Below, in pieces: positions 34,037 to 43,440 of a stretch of 64,000 bases of DNA. Source of the stretch: a virus (lineage: Duplodnaviria; Heunggongvirae; Uroviricota; Caudoviricetes); the IMG/VR virus record IMGVR_UViG_3300036819_000070. One strand, written 5' to 3'. A program made the translations under genes and the position numbers. The notes beneath the pieces are model-generated. The model ran no database searches. It had not been told where the DNA came from and saw nothing but the letters and a program-made list of their open reading frames with translations. How positions within the stretch are numbered: position 1 is the stretch's first letter; each line of letters opens with the position of its first letter.

Positions 34037-35239
34037 TCATGCAGTCCGCTTCTTTTTTTGGACACCTCTCTTAGCTGCCGCGAGAGCCACAACATTGTTG
34101 GCGGTGGCGATGGCGGACAACCCGTCAGCGATGGCCTGATCCTGTTGCTGTGCCTTGTGCTGGTAGCGCAGCGCGGCAGCGAACGTGGTGTGCCCGAGCC
34201 GGTTCATCAGATCCTTAAGCGGTGCGCCCATGGACGCGGCCAGCGTGGCGCTGGTGTGCCGTAGATCGTGGAACCGTAGGTCAGGGCGACCGGCCGCCTC
34301 GCGGGCCCGCCACCAGTGCACACGCAGCGACGACTCGCACATGTGCTTGACACCGTCGGCGCCGGGGAACAACAGGCCCTCATCACCGGGGGCGGCGTGC
34401 TCATCGATGTGCGCCACGATCGCGGGAACAACGTGCGGTGGGATCGACACGACCCGGCGGCTGCCGGCCGTTTTCGGTTCCTTGATGACCCGGCCGTCGG
34501 CGCTGCACCACACCACGCTGCGACGGATCCGCAACCAACCGCCCCGGTTGTCTTCGTCAAGCTCGCGTAGGTCAACGTCCTTACGGCGTAGCTCAGCGAG
34601 TTCACCGAACCGGGGTCCGCACCACGCGGCCAGCAACACCGCTAGCTGGTACTTACTGGGCATGGCCTCGACCATGGTCACCAGCTCGTCCACCGTGGCG
34701 GGCTCGGTGTCGATGGCGCGTTTCGCTTGACCAGCACCATGGATCCGGCACGGGTTCACTGCGATCAACTCGTCATCGACGGCAGTGTTGAGGACGGTTC
34801 TCAACAGCGCGTAGGCGTGCGCTTTGGCCGTCTTCCCCGTCTTGAGCCGGGCGTGCCAGGTGCGGACCTTCGCGGCGGTCAACTCGGGCAGCGGGGTGTC
34901 ATCGAAGCTCGGGTAAATGTGGTTGCGCAACAGCGCGGCGTACAGCTCACGGGTCAAGATCCCGAGGTCCCGTTCAGCTAGCCATGCGTCGGCGAACTCG
35001 CGCACCGTCAACGGGGTCGCCGCGTTGGGCTTCCACTTTTCCCGTGTGATCTCTGAGTGCCGCAGCGACAACCACACGTCGCCATCGGTGCGCGTCTCGA
35101 AAGTCAGGGACCGACCGGCGTTGTCCTGAGCTGAGTAGGTGCGCCCGTCAGGGCCGGTGTATCTGGCTTGGAAACGACCGGACGGCAACTTACGGACGTT
35201 GCCGAATGTCCGCTTCTCTTTGGTCGGTTTCCTGGCCAT
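34037..35239 (-). CDS. int: tyrosine integrase (site-specific recombinase)
   Basis: C-terminal HDLRHTSATLAASMGAPLKDLMNRLGHTTFAAALRYQH (R..H..R..Y box); likely start MARKPTKEKRTFGNVRKL; first 93 codons of ORF 34037..35518 are Pro/Thr-rich and overlap gene 35280..35750. Confidence 0.9.
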   Translation of the reverse strand: MARKPTKEKRTFGNVRKLPSGRFQARYTGPDGRTYSAQDNAGRSLTFETRTDGDVWLSLRHSEITREKWKPNAATPLTVREFADAWLAERDLGILTRELYAALLRNHIYPSFDDTPLPELTAAKVRTWHARLKTGKTAKAHAYALLRTVLNTAVDDELIAVNPCRIHGAGQAKRAIDTEPATVDELVTMVEAMPSKYQLAVLLAAWCGPRFGELAELRRKDVDLRELDEDNRGGWLRIRRSVVWCSADGRVIKEPKTAGSRRVVSIPPHVVPAIVAHIDEHAAPGDEGLLFPGADGVKHMCESSLRVHWWRAREAAGRPDLRFHDLRHTSATLAASMGAPLKDLMNRLGHTTFAAALRYQHKAQQQDQAIADGLSAIATANNVVALAAAKRGVQKKKRTA

Positions 35240-35279
35240 CAGCTTGTCGCCTTTCGTTCGGTCACGACGGTCGGGTAGG

Positions 35280-35750
35280 TCACGGGAGCATGCGGTCTGG
35301 GCCTTGGTAGGCCAGTGCCACGGGGTAGGTGATGGTGCGACGGTTGACGGGGTTAAGCCGCCCCGAGTCGATGATGGTGTACCCAGCGGCCCGTAGTTCG
35401 CGGTGCATGTTCGCGTCGGCGGTTGCCGGGTCGTCGTCGGCCGGGTAGCCGATGATCTCGACTTCACCGTCAATTTCCATGGTGCGGATCCGGATGCGGG
35501 CGGTGCCGTGGTCGTCAAGATCCTCAGGGTCGACTTCGGCGTAGAAAGCCGGCGCAGGATGAGTCAGGTCCCCGCTGTGATCCCGGCCGTCGTGCTGGCC
35601 GGCGATGTCCAGCGCGCTGGGCTTACCGGCGGTCTGTTCGTCGGCGCTGCGGGCCGCCACGAACTTTTCGAAGTCGCCGCAGCGGCACTCAAGGTAGAAG
35701 CCCGACGGGTGCGGGAAGACGGTCACCCGGTGCTCGATCGACTCGGTCAT
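35280..35750 (-). CDS. hypothetical protein
   Basis: 156-aa ORF immediately upstream of int in the same operon. Confidence 0.45.
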   Translation of the reverse strand: MTESIEHRVTVFPHPSGFYLECRCGDFEKFVAARSADEQTAGKPSALDIAGQHDGRDHSGDLTHPAPAFYAEVDPEDLDDHGTARIRIRTMEIDGEVEIIGYPADDDPATADANMHRELRAAGYTIIDSGRLNPVNRRTITYPVALAYQGPDRMLP

Positions 35751-36040
35751 GCCCCGTAACCGTCGCCGTCATCGATGAAATCCGGTGACATCTTCTCGTC
35801 AAGTCCTTCGCCGCGCCGGAAGGCGAGGTGCTCTAGGTATTCGTCTATGTCCCTGCCCTGCCCCGCAGCCTGGTCGTAGGCAAGTTCCCGGTAGGTGTAG
35901 GGCCGGTCCGGGCCGTAGCCGGCGTAGTCCGGGCCACTGGTATCGGTCGGCACTGGATCATCCCAACCGTGCTCGATCCCGGTGTGCGGGTCGATGTAGG
36001 TAGGTGGCCAGTCGACACCATCAGATAGCTCTTCGAGCAT
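35747..36040 (-). CDS. acidic hypothetical protein
   Basis: 97-aa ORF, ATGA-coupled to downstream gene. Confidence 0.4.
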   Translation of the reverse strand: MLEELSDGVDWPPTYIDPHTGIEHGWDDPVPTDTSGPDYAGYGPDRPYTYRELAYDQAAGQGRDIDEYLEHLAFRRGEGLDEKMSPDFIDDGDGYGA

Positions 36041-36069
36041 GTCGTAAATCCCGTCACAGTTCGTGTGTT

Positions 36070-36340
36070 AGATCATGATTTCGTGCCAGTTGCGTGCCAG
36101 ACGCGTGCCAGATCAGGCTTACATCCGTGTCTTGGTACGTCAACTTGTGTCAGACCCCCGACGGTCAATCGTCGCACGTCAGCCCCTACGCGCAACGGAT
36201 CTTCGCTGATCAGCACCATGATCATATCACCCCACTACGGCAGTTTCGAATCCTGCCGGGGGCACAAGAGTTACCGCAGGTCAGAGGTGGTATTGTCGCC
36301 GGAAATCGGACGGCCGTGCCAGTATCGTGCCAGACAGCAC
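36070..36340. other. attP-like region: 5 direct CGTGCCAG arm-type repeats flanking a tRNA-3'-end-like core
   Basis: TCGTGCCAG/TGCGTGCCAG/ACGCGTGCCAG at 36081-36111 and CCGTGCCAG, TCGTGCCAGA at 36314-36335; core GGCAGTTTCGAATCCTGCCGGGGGCAC at 36238-36265; ATCATGAT/ATGATCAT palindromes. Confidence 0.35.
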
Positions 36341-36436
36341 CTTGACGGCCCGTAGCCGCTGGTAGAGACCTACATCGCCGCGTCGGTGGACACACGCACC
36401 AGGAAAGGTCTACCCGTTCGGCTCAATGGCCCGCGC

Positions 36437-36730
36437 TCAGCGGCGCCGGGCAGCGCGGGCCTGTGAGGACCGCAGTGCCAGCCGTTGCATGTGGGCCTTG
36501 CGGGCGGCCTCGGCTCGGCGTGCTCGCTCGGCCGGTTCGAGGGTGCCGTCAGGATCAACCTCACGCTGGAAACGGGCCAGCAGCCCAGCTTGACCTCGCG
36601 CGGCGGTCGGTGCGGGATCTTCGCGACTCCAGCGCGTGTTCGCCGCGATTTGAGCACGGAGCTTGCGCTGGGCGCGAGTCAAGGCCACTACTGATACCTC
36701 ATCGCGGCCGGTACCGGTCCGCGCGGGCAT
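36437..36730 (-). CDS. Arg-rich hypothetical protein
   Basis: 97-aa ORF; weak. Confidence 0.3.
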   Translation of the reverse strand: MPARTGTGRDEVSVVALTRAQRKLRAQIAANTRWSREDPAPTAARGQAGLLARFQREVDPDGTLEPAERARRAEAARKAHMQRLALRSSQARAARRR

Positions 36731-37136
36731 CGAAGTCCCCGGCCCATCCGCACAACTCCAGCCCAGCGAGGTACAGGGCTGTGCCGAGGCCCATCGCGAC
36801 CCGGCCTGCCGCGTTCCACAGCTGATACCTCACGGCGTGGTCCTCCTGGCTCAAAGGGATGCGGCGGGGCCATCGGGATCGGCCCCGCCGCATCCGAGCA
36901 ACCTCTCGGCTGAAGAGGGCTAAGCGTACCGCCAGCACACAGTCGTGTGCATCTAGTGGCATACCGTGACACGCGGCTGGTATCGTCGCTCGCGGGGAAG
37001 CGCCGCCAGGCCCTGTAAAACACACGCCGCGCTTGCGTGGTCCGCTTCCCCACCAATCAACCCGTGGCGCCGTGCTCTGACCACCACGGACATCTGAGGG
37101 CGAAGCTCTGCCCTCATGAGTCCGTGAGGATCCACG

Positions 37137-37343
37137 ATGGCCACCGCCACTACCCGCACCGCCACTAGCGCCTACGTCAGCCTCGTTGAGGCTGGTGACG
37201 TCCTCGGTGTGCATTCCCGCACCATCCGCCGGTACATCAGCGAAGGCCGGCTGACCGGCTACCGCATCGGGCCCCGGCTGGTGAAAGTCAAACTGGCCGA
37301 CCTCGACGGGTTGATGCACCGGATTCCGGCGGTGGGGCAGTGA
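37137..37343 (+). CDS. excisionase-like HTH_17 DNA-binding protein
   Basis: VSLVEAGDVLGVHSRTIRRYISEGRLTGYRIGPRLVKVKLADLDGL is a typical Xis/MerR-type winged HTH. Confidence 0.6.
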   Translation: MATATTRTATSAYVSLVEAGDVLGVHSRTIRRYISEGRLTGYRIGPRLVKVKLADLDGLMHRIPAVGQ

Positions 37344-37729
37344 GCCCGCCGAAGGTGGCCACGCGATACCGGCCCAGGCCCATCGGTGACCTCGAAGCGA
37401 TCCACCTAGCGGGCTGCACGCGCTGTGGCCAACCGATCGAAGCGGCATGCGTGTACGTAGCACTGCCCTACGTCAAACTCACCAGCGTCAGCCCAACCAT
37501 CCGCGACCGAGCGGCCAGAGTGGGCCAGAAAAACCCACGCGTACATTTCGAACGACGACGCGACGCGGCCCGCGTATTGCAAGAAGCATGGCAAGATAAA
37601 TCTGCCAAACGGAGATCGCAGGCGGTCACCGATAGCGGGCCAACGCTGGCCGCAATGGCGGAATGGGACCTGCGGGAGTTCCGCGCGCTTCGCAGCTGGT
37701 TGTGTGAACACTGGCGCGTCCTGCTGTGA
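37340..37729 (+). CDS. hypothetical protein
   Basis: 129-aa ORF overlapping the xis-like stop; CTRCGQP. Confidence 0.4.
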   Translation: MSPPKVATRYRPRPIGDLEAIHLAGCTRCGQPIEAACVYVALPYVKLTSVSPTIRDRAARVGQKNPRVHFERRRDAARVLQEAWQDKSAKRRSQAVTDSGPTLAAMAEWDLREFRALRSWLCEHWRVLL

Positions 37730-38130
37730 CGATGAGGCGGCTGTTAGCGCGGTGGCGCTGCCATCGGGACTTGTGGTGTTGCCAGTACGTGGACCGGCCG
37801 ATGTGCAACGGCTGGGATGATCCGCATCGTCTCGCGCGCTGGCGGTACCGGAGACAGCAGCGGCGGTTGCGCTTCGACGCGGACTCGACGTACGTCTTCG
37901 AAGCCACGATCGTCTACGACGCCAGGCGCCGGTGAAGCGCAAGCCCAGCGCGCCGCTGCCGGCCCCGCAGCCGGTGCTGGTGCTGTTCTATCCACTGGAG
38001 CCGTGTACGTCGTGTGCGGCCAGCTGCTGTACCGCGTGCCCTGTCTGTCGAGGCCCGTACTGCCTGGGGCATATCTACGATCACCACCGTGGGCACGAGT
38101 CGTGAATGAGCACACGGCGCGCGATACGGT

Positions 38131-38355
38131 GTGTCGGTGTGGACGCTGGCGTGGATCCGTCGGGTGTGGTCCTCTGAGGAGTACACCGAACCGGAGATGT
38201 TCGCCCGTGCGGCGCTGATCGACCTACCCCTGCTGCTCCTACTGCTGGTGTGGGATTGGCCGCAGTGGTGGCGAGCTGTGATCAGCTGGCTGGTCGCGTC
38301 CTACATCACTTACCGATACAGCCACTGGGTACGCGACGATGAGGACGACGCCTGA
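38131..38355 (+). CDS. small membrane protein
   Basis: LIDLPLLLLLLVWDWPQWWRAVISWLVASYI hydrophobic. Confidence 0.35.
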   Translation: MSVWTLAWIRRVWSSEEYTEPEMFARAALIDLPLLLLLLVWDWPQWWRAVISWLVASYITYRYSHWVRDDEDDA

Positions 38356-38885
38356 TGACTACAGCAGCCGACGATGCGCGGCCTTCCGATCCGTGGTTGT
38401 TCCGGGCCGCGCATTACCAGGTGCCAGTCCTGATCGCATTGGTCGCCGTGCTGGTGGTGGATCATTACGTCCGGTCGGCGCCCACGCTGCTCGCTGTCCT
38501 CGCGTTTTACGCGGCCTACGGGGTTACCGTTCTCGGTACCATCCGGCACCGGCGCGGGATTTGCCTGGCTTGCGGCGATGCTTTCCCGCTGGACGCACCA
38601 GGGCTCGCACAAGGGCAGCGGCGGCGAGCGTTGCGCACGTTCCATCTAGCCAACGATCACCCCGGCCGCCAGCTCGCGCTGATCGCCGCCGTAGTGATCC
38701 TTAACGTGTGGGTGTGGTGGCTCAGCGCCGCGATGTGGGCGTGTTTCGCCGTCAACAGCTGGGCCGCTTACTGGCATCGGTTGCTGGAGCCTTACTGCCC
38801 GTTCTGTCGTCGGGGTGGTCGTGGCAACCCCCAGGAGTTGGTTCCTGTGCCGACGCCGGATCCGGTGGCAGTGGTCCAGCGATAG
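38355..38885 (+). CDS. membrane protein (4 TM)
   Basis: Four hydrophobic segments; ATGA overlap with previous gene. Confidence 0.5.
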   Translation: MTTAADDARPSDPWLFRAAHYQVPVLIALVAVLVVDHYVRSAPTLLAVLAFYAAYGVTVLGTIRHRRGICLACGDAFPLDAPGLAQGQRRRALRTFHLANDHPGRQLALIAAVVILNVWVWWLSAAMWACFAVNSWAAYWHRLLEPYCPFCRRGGRGNPQELVPVPTPDPVAVVQR

Positions 38886-39153
38886 GGTTGGACTCACGGT
38901 GCCTGCGGGTGCTGTCGGCCGGTCCCTTCATGCTCACACCTCGGGGAGCGTGGGCATGAGGGTCCGTGCCTATCGACTTAGCGGTTCCACCGGTAATACC
39001 AGTGACGCTCATCCCAGTCGTAATCCCAGCTTCCGCCGTGGTGACGGTCCTGGTTGTCTCGGTCGTGGTCCCGGCCGTGGCCGTCCCGATCGGTGCTCAC
39101 CATGCTGGTGAAGATGTCTGATACCCGCATGCGTATGGCCCCCTGAGGTTTCG

Positions 39154-39735
39154 ATGATCTTTTTCGTCGGTCATGGTCGCATGGTGGTCACGGGGTGGAC
39201 CCTGGGAAGATTCTGGGAACTCGGCACCGTAGGGCCGCGACACGCAGCCCGTGTGCTATGGCGTGCGGTAGCACAGTGTTACGGTGCGCGCGTGATCAGC
39301 CACCGGGCCAAGACGGTGGTCGTCACCGTCCACGTGATCACGTCGGTGGCCATGCTGGTGGTGACCGCCGCGCTGGTCGCGATCCAACTCCAAGGCTCCA
39401 AACCAGATCAGATTTGGAACCTCGCTACGCGGGTGTTGACACCCACTGCGGGGGTCGCGTTCGCCAGCGGGCTTGTGTTGGCAGTGGGGGGGCCGTGGGG
39501 TTTGTTCCGCTTCCGGTGGGTGATCGCGAAGCTAGAGATCTCGGCGTTGCTGGCCGGCGTTGGGCTGGTCAACCTCGCGGTGCGGTTGGATCCGTTGACG
39601 GTGCTGGTCGCGCGGTCCTGTGCGCTGGTCGCGCTGGTCGCCCTGGTGGCAGTGTCGGTGGCTAAGCCTTGGGGGCGCACTCCCCGGCATCGCATTCATT
39701 GGACACGTCGTAGGGCCGTTAGCTCAATTCGGTAG
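39154..39735 (+). CDS. membrane protein
   Basis: 193 aa with 4-5 hydrophobic helices; 3' end overlaps the tRNA-Lys 5' end. Confidence 0.5.
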   Translation: MIFFVGHGRMVVTGWTLGRFWELGTVGPRHAARVLWRAVAQCYGARVISHRAKTVVVTVHVITSVAMLVVTAALVAIQLQGSKPDQIWNLATRVLTPTAGVAFASGLVLAVGGPWGLFRFRWVIAKLEISALLAGVGLVNLAVRLDPLTVLVARSCALVALVALVAVSVAKPWGRTPRHRIHWTRRRAVSSIR

Positions 39736-39788
39736 AGCAGCAGACTTTTAATCTGCGGGTTCTGGGTTCGATTCCCAGGCGGCCCACC
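39713..39788 (+). tRNA. tRNA-Lys (anticodon TTT)
   Basis: GGGCCGT-TA-GCTC-AATTCGGTA-GAGC-A-GCAGA-CTTTTAA-TCTGC-GGGTT-CTGGG-TTCGATT-CCCAG-GCGGCCC-A-CC. Confidence 0.8.
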
Positions 39789-40174
39789 GTCCAGGTATGC
39801 CCCTAAGAAGTCGGTGCGCTTCGTCGGCGTCGGCGCGAGCTAGGGCGCTGTCAGCGCGAGCTATAACGAGATCCGTTCGTGCGCGACGGAGTTGCGTGCG
39901 GAGTTCACTGATGCCCGTTTCAAGCTCGGCGAGCCGGTTCAGTGTGTTCTCGTCAGTAGTCACCGACGCCACCGCATATTCCGGTGCGTGCGAGGACGGA
40001 GCCGCTCGACGTCGTAGCCGGCCTGGGCCTCCTCGGCTAACTGGTCTATGAGTGGTTCCGTCAGTTCCACGCCGCCCGAGGTGGGGCGCCGGCGAAAGCG
40101 AAGGAGGGCGACTGCCAGCCCCGTGCCCACGAAGAGGCCCGCGACGACCACCACCACCGACGCAAGAATTATCA

Positions 40175-41605
40175 TCACCATGAGGTCAGCTCCTCGAAAT
40201 TGATACGGAATGGCCGGGTGTCCTCGATCGGCCGCCAGTGGCCTTTCCCGCATGGTTCGTACCGCTGTTTCCAGTACGCCGGCCCGCGTTGCACGATTTC
40301 GCGTAGCGCCCAGTCGAGGTCTATGAGTTTCTTGGGGGTCACGTCGAGTCCGAATGAGAGGCGTACCCCGCCGGCTAAGTCACCACCGTCGTGCGCCTGA
40401 CCGATTTGTTTGGCCTGTTGGGGGCTGTAATCCAGCAAATGGGCCACGAGAATGTGGGCGCAGAAACATCCGCCTCGGTTTGCGGTGGCGAAGTGGCCGG
40501 CGAGGACTGCGGATACCAGGCCCCAGTCGAAGCCCTCAATGTTGAAGGTGATCACGCCGACTTTGGGATGGTTCCGATCCCACATGTGGTAAATCTTGAT
40601 GCCGGGAATGTTGTCGATGAGGTTGTAGGCCAGGTCCAGTAAAAGGGATTCCCTGGCAGCGATCCGGTGGGTGTCAGCGCGCCGCAGGGCGGCCATAGCT
40701 ACGGCAGTGGCTAGTGCACCGACCACGTTGGGGCTGCCGGGTTCGTTGAGGGCTTCAACGTCGGTGGTCCATACGATTTCGCGGTCTGCGTAGATGAAGT
40801 CAACGATGCCGCCACCGGTGATCAGCGGCCGGATACCTTCGAGGAATTTGCGGGGGCAGGCGAGGACACCGCAGCTGTATTGGGCGCCGAACTTGTGGCC
40901 CGACGCGACGCCGAACTTGGTGCGGAGCTTGCGCATGCTCACCGGGTGGTGCGCGGCGAGTTGCGCGAAGTCGCCCAGCAGGGGCGTGCCGTGTTTGTCT
41001 TCGGTGATCGCCGCGATGGCCGCGAGGTCGGGCATCTCACCTGTGACGTTGCTGGCGCCGGTGACACCGACCAGATCAGCGGGACACCGGGTGAGTTCCG
41101 CGTCGATCATCGCGAGCAACTCATCGTGGGTTTCGGGTACCGGCAAGATCGTGAGATCGATGTACTCGGCGACCTCGAACGGCACGATCATCGCGTTGTG
41201 TTCCATACCAGTGATCAGGACCCGCGCACGCCGCTTAGCCGCTTTCGCCCGCTCGTTGAGCACGTGGGCGATGATGTTCAGGCCACCGGTGCTGTTGTTG
41301 GTGAACACGATCGCGGTGTCGTCGTCGGCGTCGAGGAACCGGCGGGCAACTCGCCGGGCGTGTGCGTAGTGGGCGGTCGCTTCCCGTGAGTTGGCACCGG
41401 GACCGCGTTTGATAGCACACGCGGTGCGGTTGAAATCGCGGACGAAGTTTTCGACCACCACCAGTGCGGAAGCACTCGCGGCGTGATCGCAGTTGTTTTC
41501 GATCCGCCAACGGCCATCGACGGTGGGTACGACTACGTCTTGACTGGCCAGCTCTAATCCGGGGTTCATGGCGTGACGTGGTGTCCGCTCGGCGGTGGTA
41601 GTCAA
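40175..41605 (-). CDS. class V aminotransferase (cysteine-desulfurase-like PLP enzyme)
   Basis: 476 aa; ASGHKFGAQYSCGVL resembles the SGHK(x)GP.G.G PLP-lysine motif of the IscS/SufS/CsdA family. Confidence 0.75.
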   Translation of the reverse strand: MTTTAERTPRHAMNPGLELASQDVVVPTVDGRWRIENNCDHAASASALVVVENFVRDFNRTACAIKRGPGANSREATAHYAHARRVARRFLDADDDTAIVFTNNSTGGLNIIAHVLNERAKAAKRRARVLITGMEHNAMIVPFEVAEYIDLTILPVPETHDELLAMIDAELTRCPADLVGVTGASNVTGEMPDLAAIAAITEDKHGTPLLGDFAQLAAHHPVSMRKLRTKFGVASGHKFGAQYSCGVLACPRKFLEGIRPLITGGGIVDFIYADREIVWTTDVEALNEPGSPNVVGALATAVAMAALRRADTHRIAARESLLLDLAYNLIDNIPGIKIYHMWDRNHPKVGVITFNIEGFDWGLVSAVLAGHFATANRGGCFCAHILVAHLLDYSPQQAKQIGQAHDGGDLAGGVRLSFGLDVTPKKLIDLDWALREIVQRGPAYWKQRYEPCGKGHWRPIEDTRPFRINFEELTSW

Positions 41606-41747
41606 CGGGTACCCCTCCCGACGGCGATGTCAGCGGATGGCACACCGTAGTGGATCGTGTGCATCTGCGTGACATCGGGTGTGCTAACACGTGTGCTACT
41701 ACAGTGCGGCGGCCGGGCCGGGTGGTCTAAGGTGGCCCAGCACCCGA

Positions 41748-41821
41748 AGCGGGGTGGAGCAGCTCGGTAGCTCGTGAGCCTCATAAGCTCAAGGTCGCGG
41801 GTTCGAATCCCGTCCCCGCCA
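41748..41821 (+). tRNA. tRNA-Met (anticodon CAT) with initiator-like features
   Basis: AGCGGGG-TG-GAGC-AGCTCGGTA-GCTC-G-TGAGC-CTCATAA-GCTCA-AGGTC-GCGGG-TTCGAAT-CCCGT-CCCCGCC-A; A1xC72 mismatch and A11:T24 pair; no CCA. Confidence 0.7.
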
Positions 41822-42310
41822 CGTGACCGCGCGAACGTGGGCTTGGATCGCACGGATCGCGTGGATAGCCGTAGGCATCTACACGATCCACGTCCTATGG
41901 ATCCTCTGGTCTCTCTGGGCGTAGCTGCGGTACGGTGTCCTCGGTGGTGGTCCGCGTCGCGGCATGGTGACGCTGCTCTTCCTTGCTAGGGTTCGGCAGT
42001 CGATCAGCCCACCGGACCACCACCGCCAAATGATCTCTCTGAGATACTCCCGCCATGATCGCCGTTGACTGTTGCGATGCGGGGTATAACTCCACTGACG
42101 TTGTTGACCTATACGTGTGGCATGAGGACGACTGCCCACGCCTGAACGAGCTACTCGGTGATTTCGCAGGAGAGTGGATTCCGGCAGTCAACGATGAACA
42201 ACCGTGAGCTGAGTCGGGGATTCTGGCGGGCCATGCTCGCTGGGTGCGTCGCTGACTTCACCGCCGGTATGGTCGCCGCTCACATCCTCGGGTTGCGGGC
42301 AGCGCTGGTG

Positions 42311-42895
42311 CTACTGGTGGGCATCCTCGCTGGGGCCGTCGCCATGCTGGTCGCCGCGTGGATCTACGACCGGTGCGTGCCCCGCTGGCCACGTAGCTAG
42401 GGCACGCCAGTCCGTTGCCCATTGGAAGGCGATGCCGGCGGCGCGAGCGCACTTCTCGTCTTCGGGTCGGTCACCGACCATCAGGGCCAGCTCGGTCGGG
42501 TAGGTCTCATCGGGAAACCGCAGGGCGAGATCTTCGGTGCCGTTGACAACCAATCCGGGTAGTGGTTTGCGGCACAGGCAGTGCCGCATCGCGGGGTTGG
42601 GTGCGTTGGGGTGATGGGGGCAGACCCGGATGTCATCGAACAGGGCCCAGCTCAGGCCGTTGGTGCGCCGCATCGCGGCGGTGCACGTGCCGGCGTCGAG
42701 GTGCCCGAGCGCGATACCGCCCTGGTTGGACACGCCGATGATCCGGCCCCCGTCAGTTTTCCAGCGACGCATCAGCTGGACCGCTTCGGGGAAGATCACG
42801 ACGTCGTTTGGGCCGTTGACGAAATGTCCGAGTTCGTTTCTGCCGTGGCGTACGGTGCCGTCGATGTCGAGGTAAAGAACGGGAACCATCATCAT
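42311..42895 (-). CDS. HAD-IIIA phosphatase, GmhB/histidinol-phosphatase-like (possible polynucleotide 3'-phosphatase)
   Basis: Start MMMVPVLYLDIDGTV (DxDGT), GVSNQ, and Zn-loop CPHHPNAPNPAMRHCLCRKPLPG; upstream 66 codons of ORF 42311..43093 are basic and low-complexity. Confidence 0.65.
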   Translation of the reverse strand: MMMVPVLYLDIDGTVRHGRNELGHFVNGPNDVVIFPEAVQLMRRWKTDGGRIIGVSNQGGIALGHLDAGTCTAAMRRTNGLSWALFDDIRVCPHHPNAPNPAMRHCLCRKPLPGLVVNGTEDLALRFPDETYPTELALMVGDRPEDEKCARAAGIAFQWATDWRALATWPAGHAPVVDPRGDQHGDGPSEDAHQ

Positions 42896-43440
42896 CGCTG
42901 CGTGATGTTGGCGATGTAGTCGATACCGAGGTAGTAGCCGAAGACCAGCGCGGTGATGAGTGTTAGGGCCAGCGCGATCCCGAGTGTCCAACGCAAGGGT
43001 CAGTCCTTCCGGGGTTTGTAGTTGGGGCATTCGGTGTTGTCGAGTCGGGCGAGGATCTTGCCGCAGCTGGTGCAGTACCGTTCGTGCCGGCAAAGGTATC
43101 GCCAGTCACCGAAGACGCGCCAGGACCAGTCGAGCCATCCGCATACCGGCCGCCAGGGCGGCACTGATGAGCGTGCGCCGGGCTGGTGGCGGGGGTACCG
43201 CTGGAGGCTTTCGACGTAGCTATTGAGCCGGATGGCCGGTTGGTGTTCGACACCGGTTTTGCCTCGGCACCACTTCTTGGTTGACCGTCGGCGGTGGTGG
43301 CGTACGGGTTGTTCGTCGTCGGGCCGGGGGGCGCGTAATTCGCTGACGCGTGGTTCGTCATCCCATCCCCAACTCACGGCCTTATGGTAGCTAATTCGGT
43401 GCCGACCGTTCCGTCTATAGGATTACACACCTAGCGTGCA

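Noticed and set aside
36699-37463. 254-aa minus ORF 36699..37463 and similar GC-frame ORFs (e.g. 37406..37942, 37744..38115, 42963..43361, 26744..27217)
   Set aside because: Arg/Pro/Ala-rich low-complexity translations antisense to or overlapping better-supported genes. Typical high-GC spurious frames.
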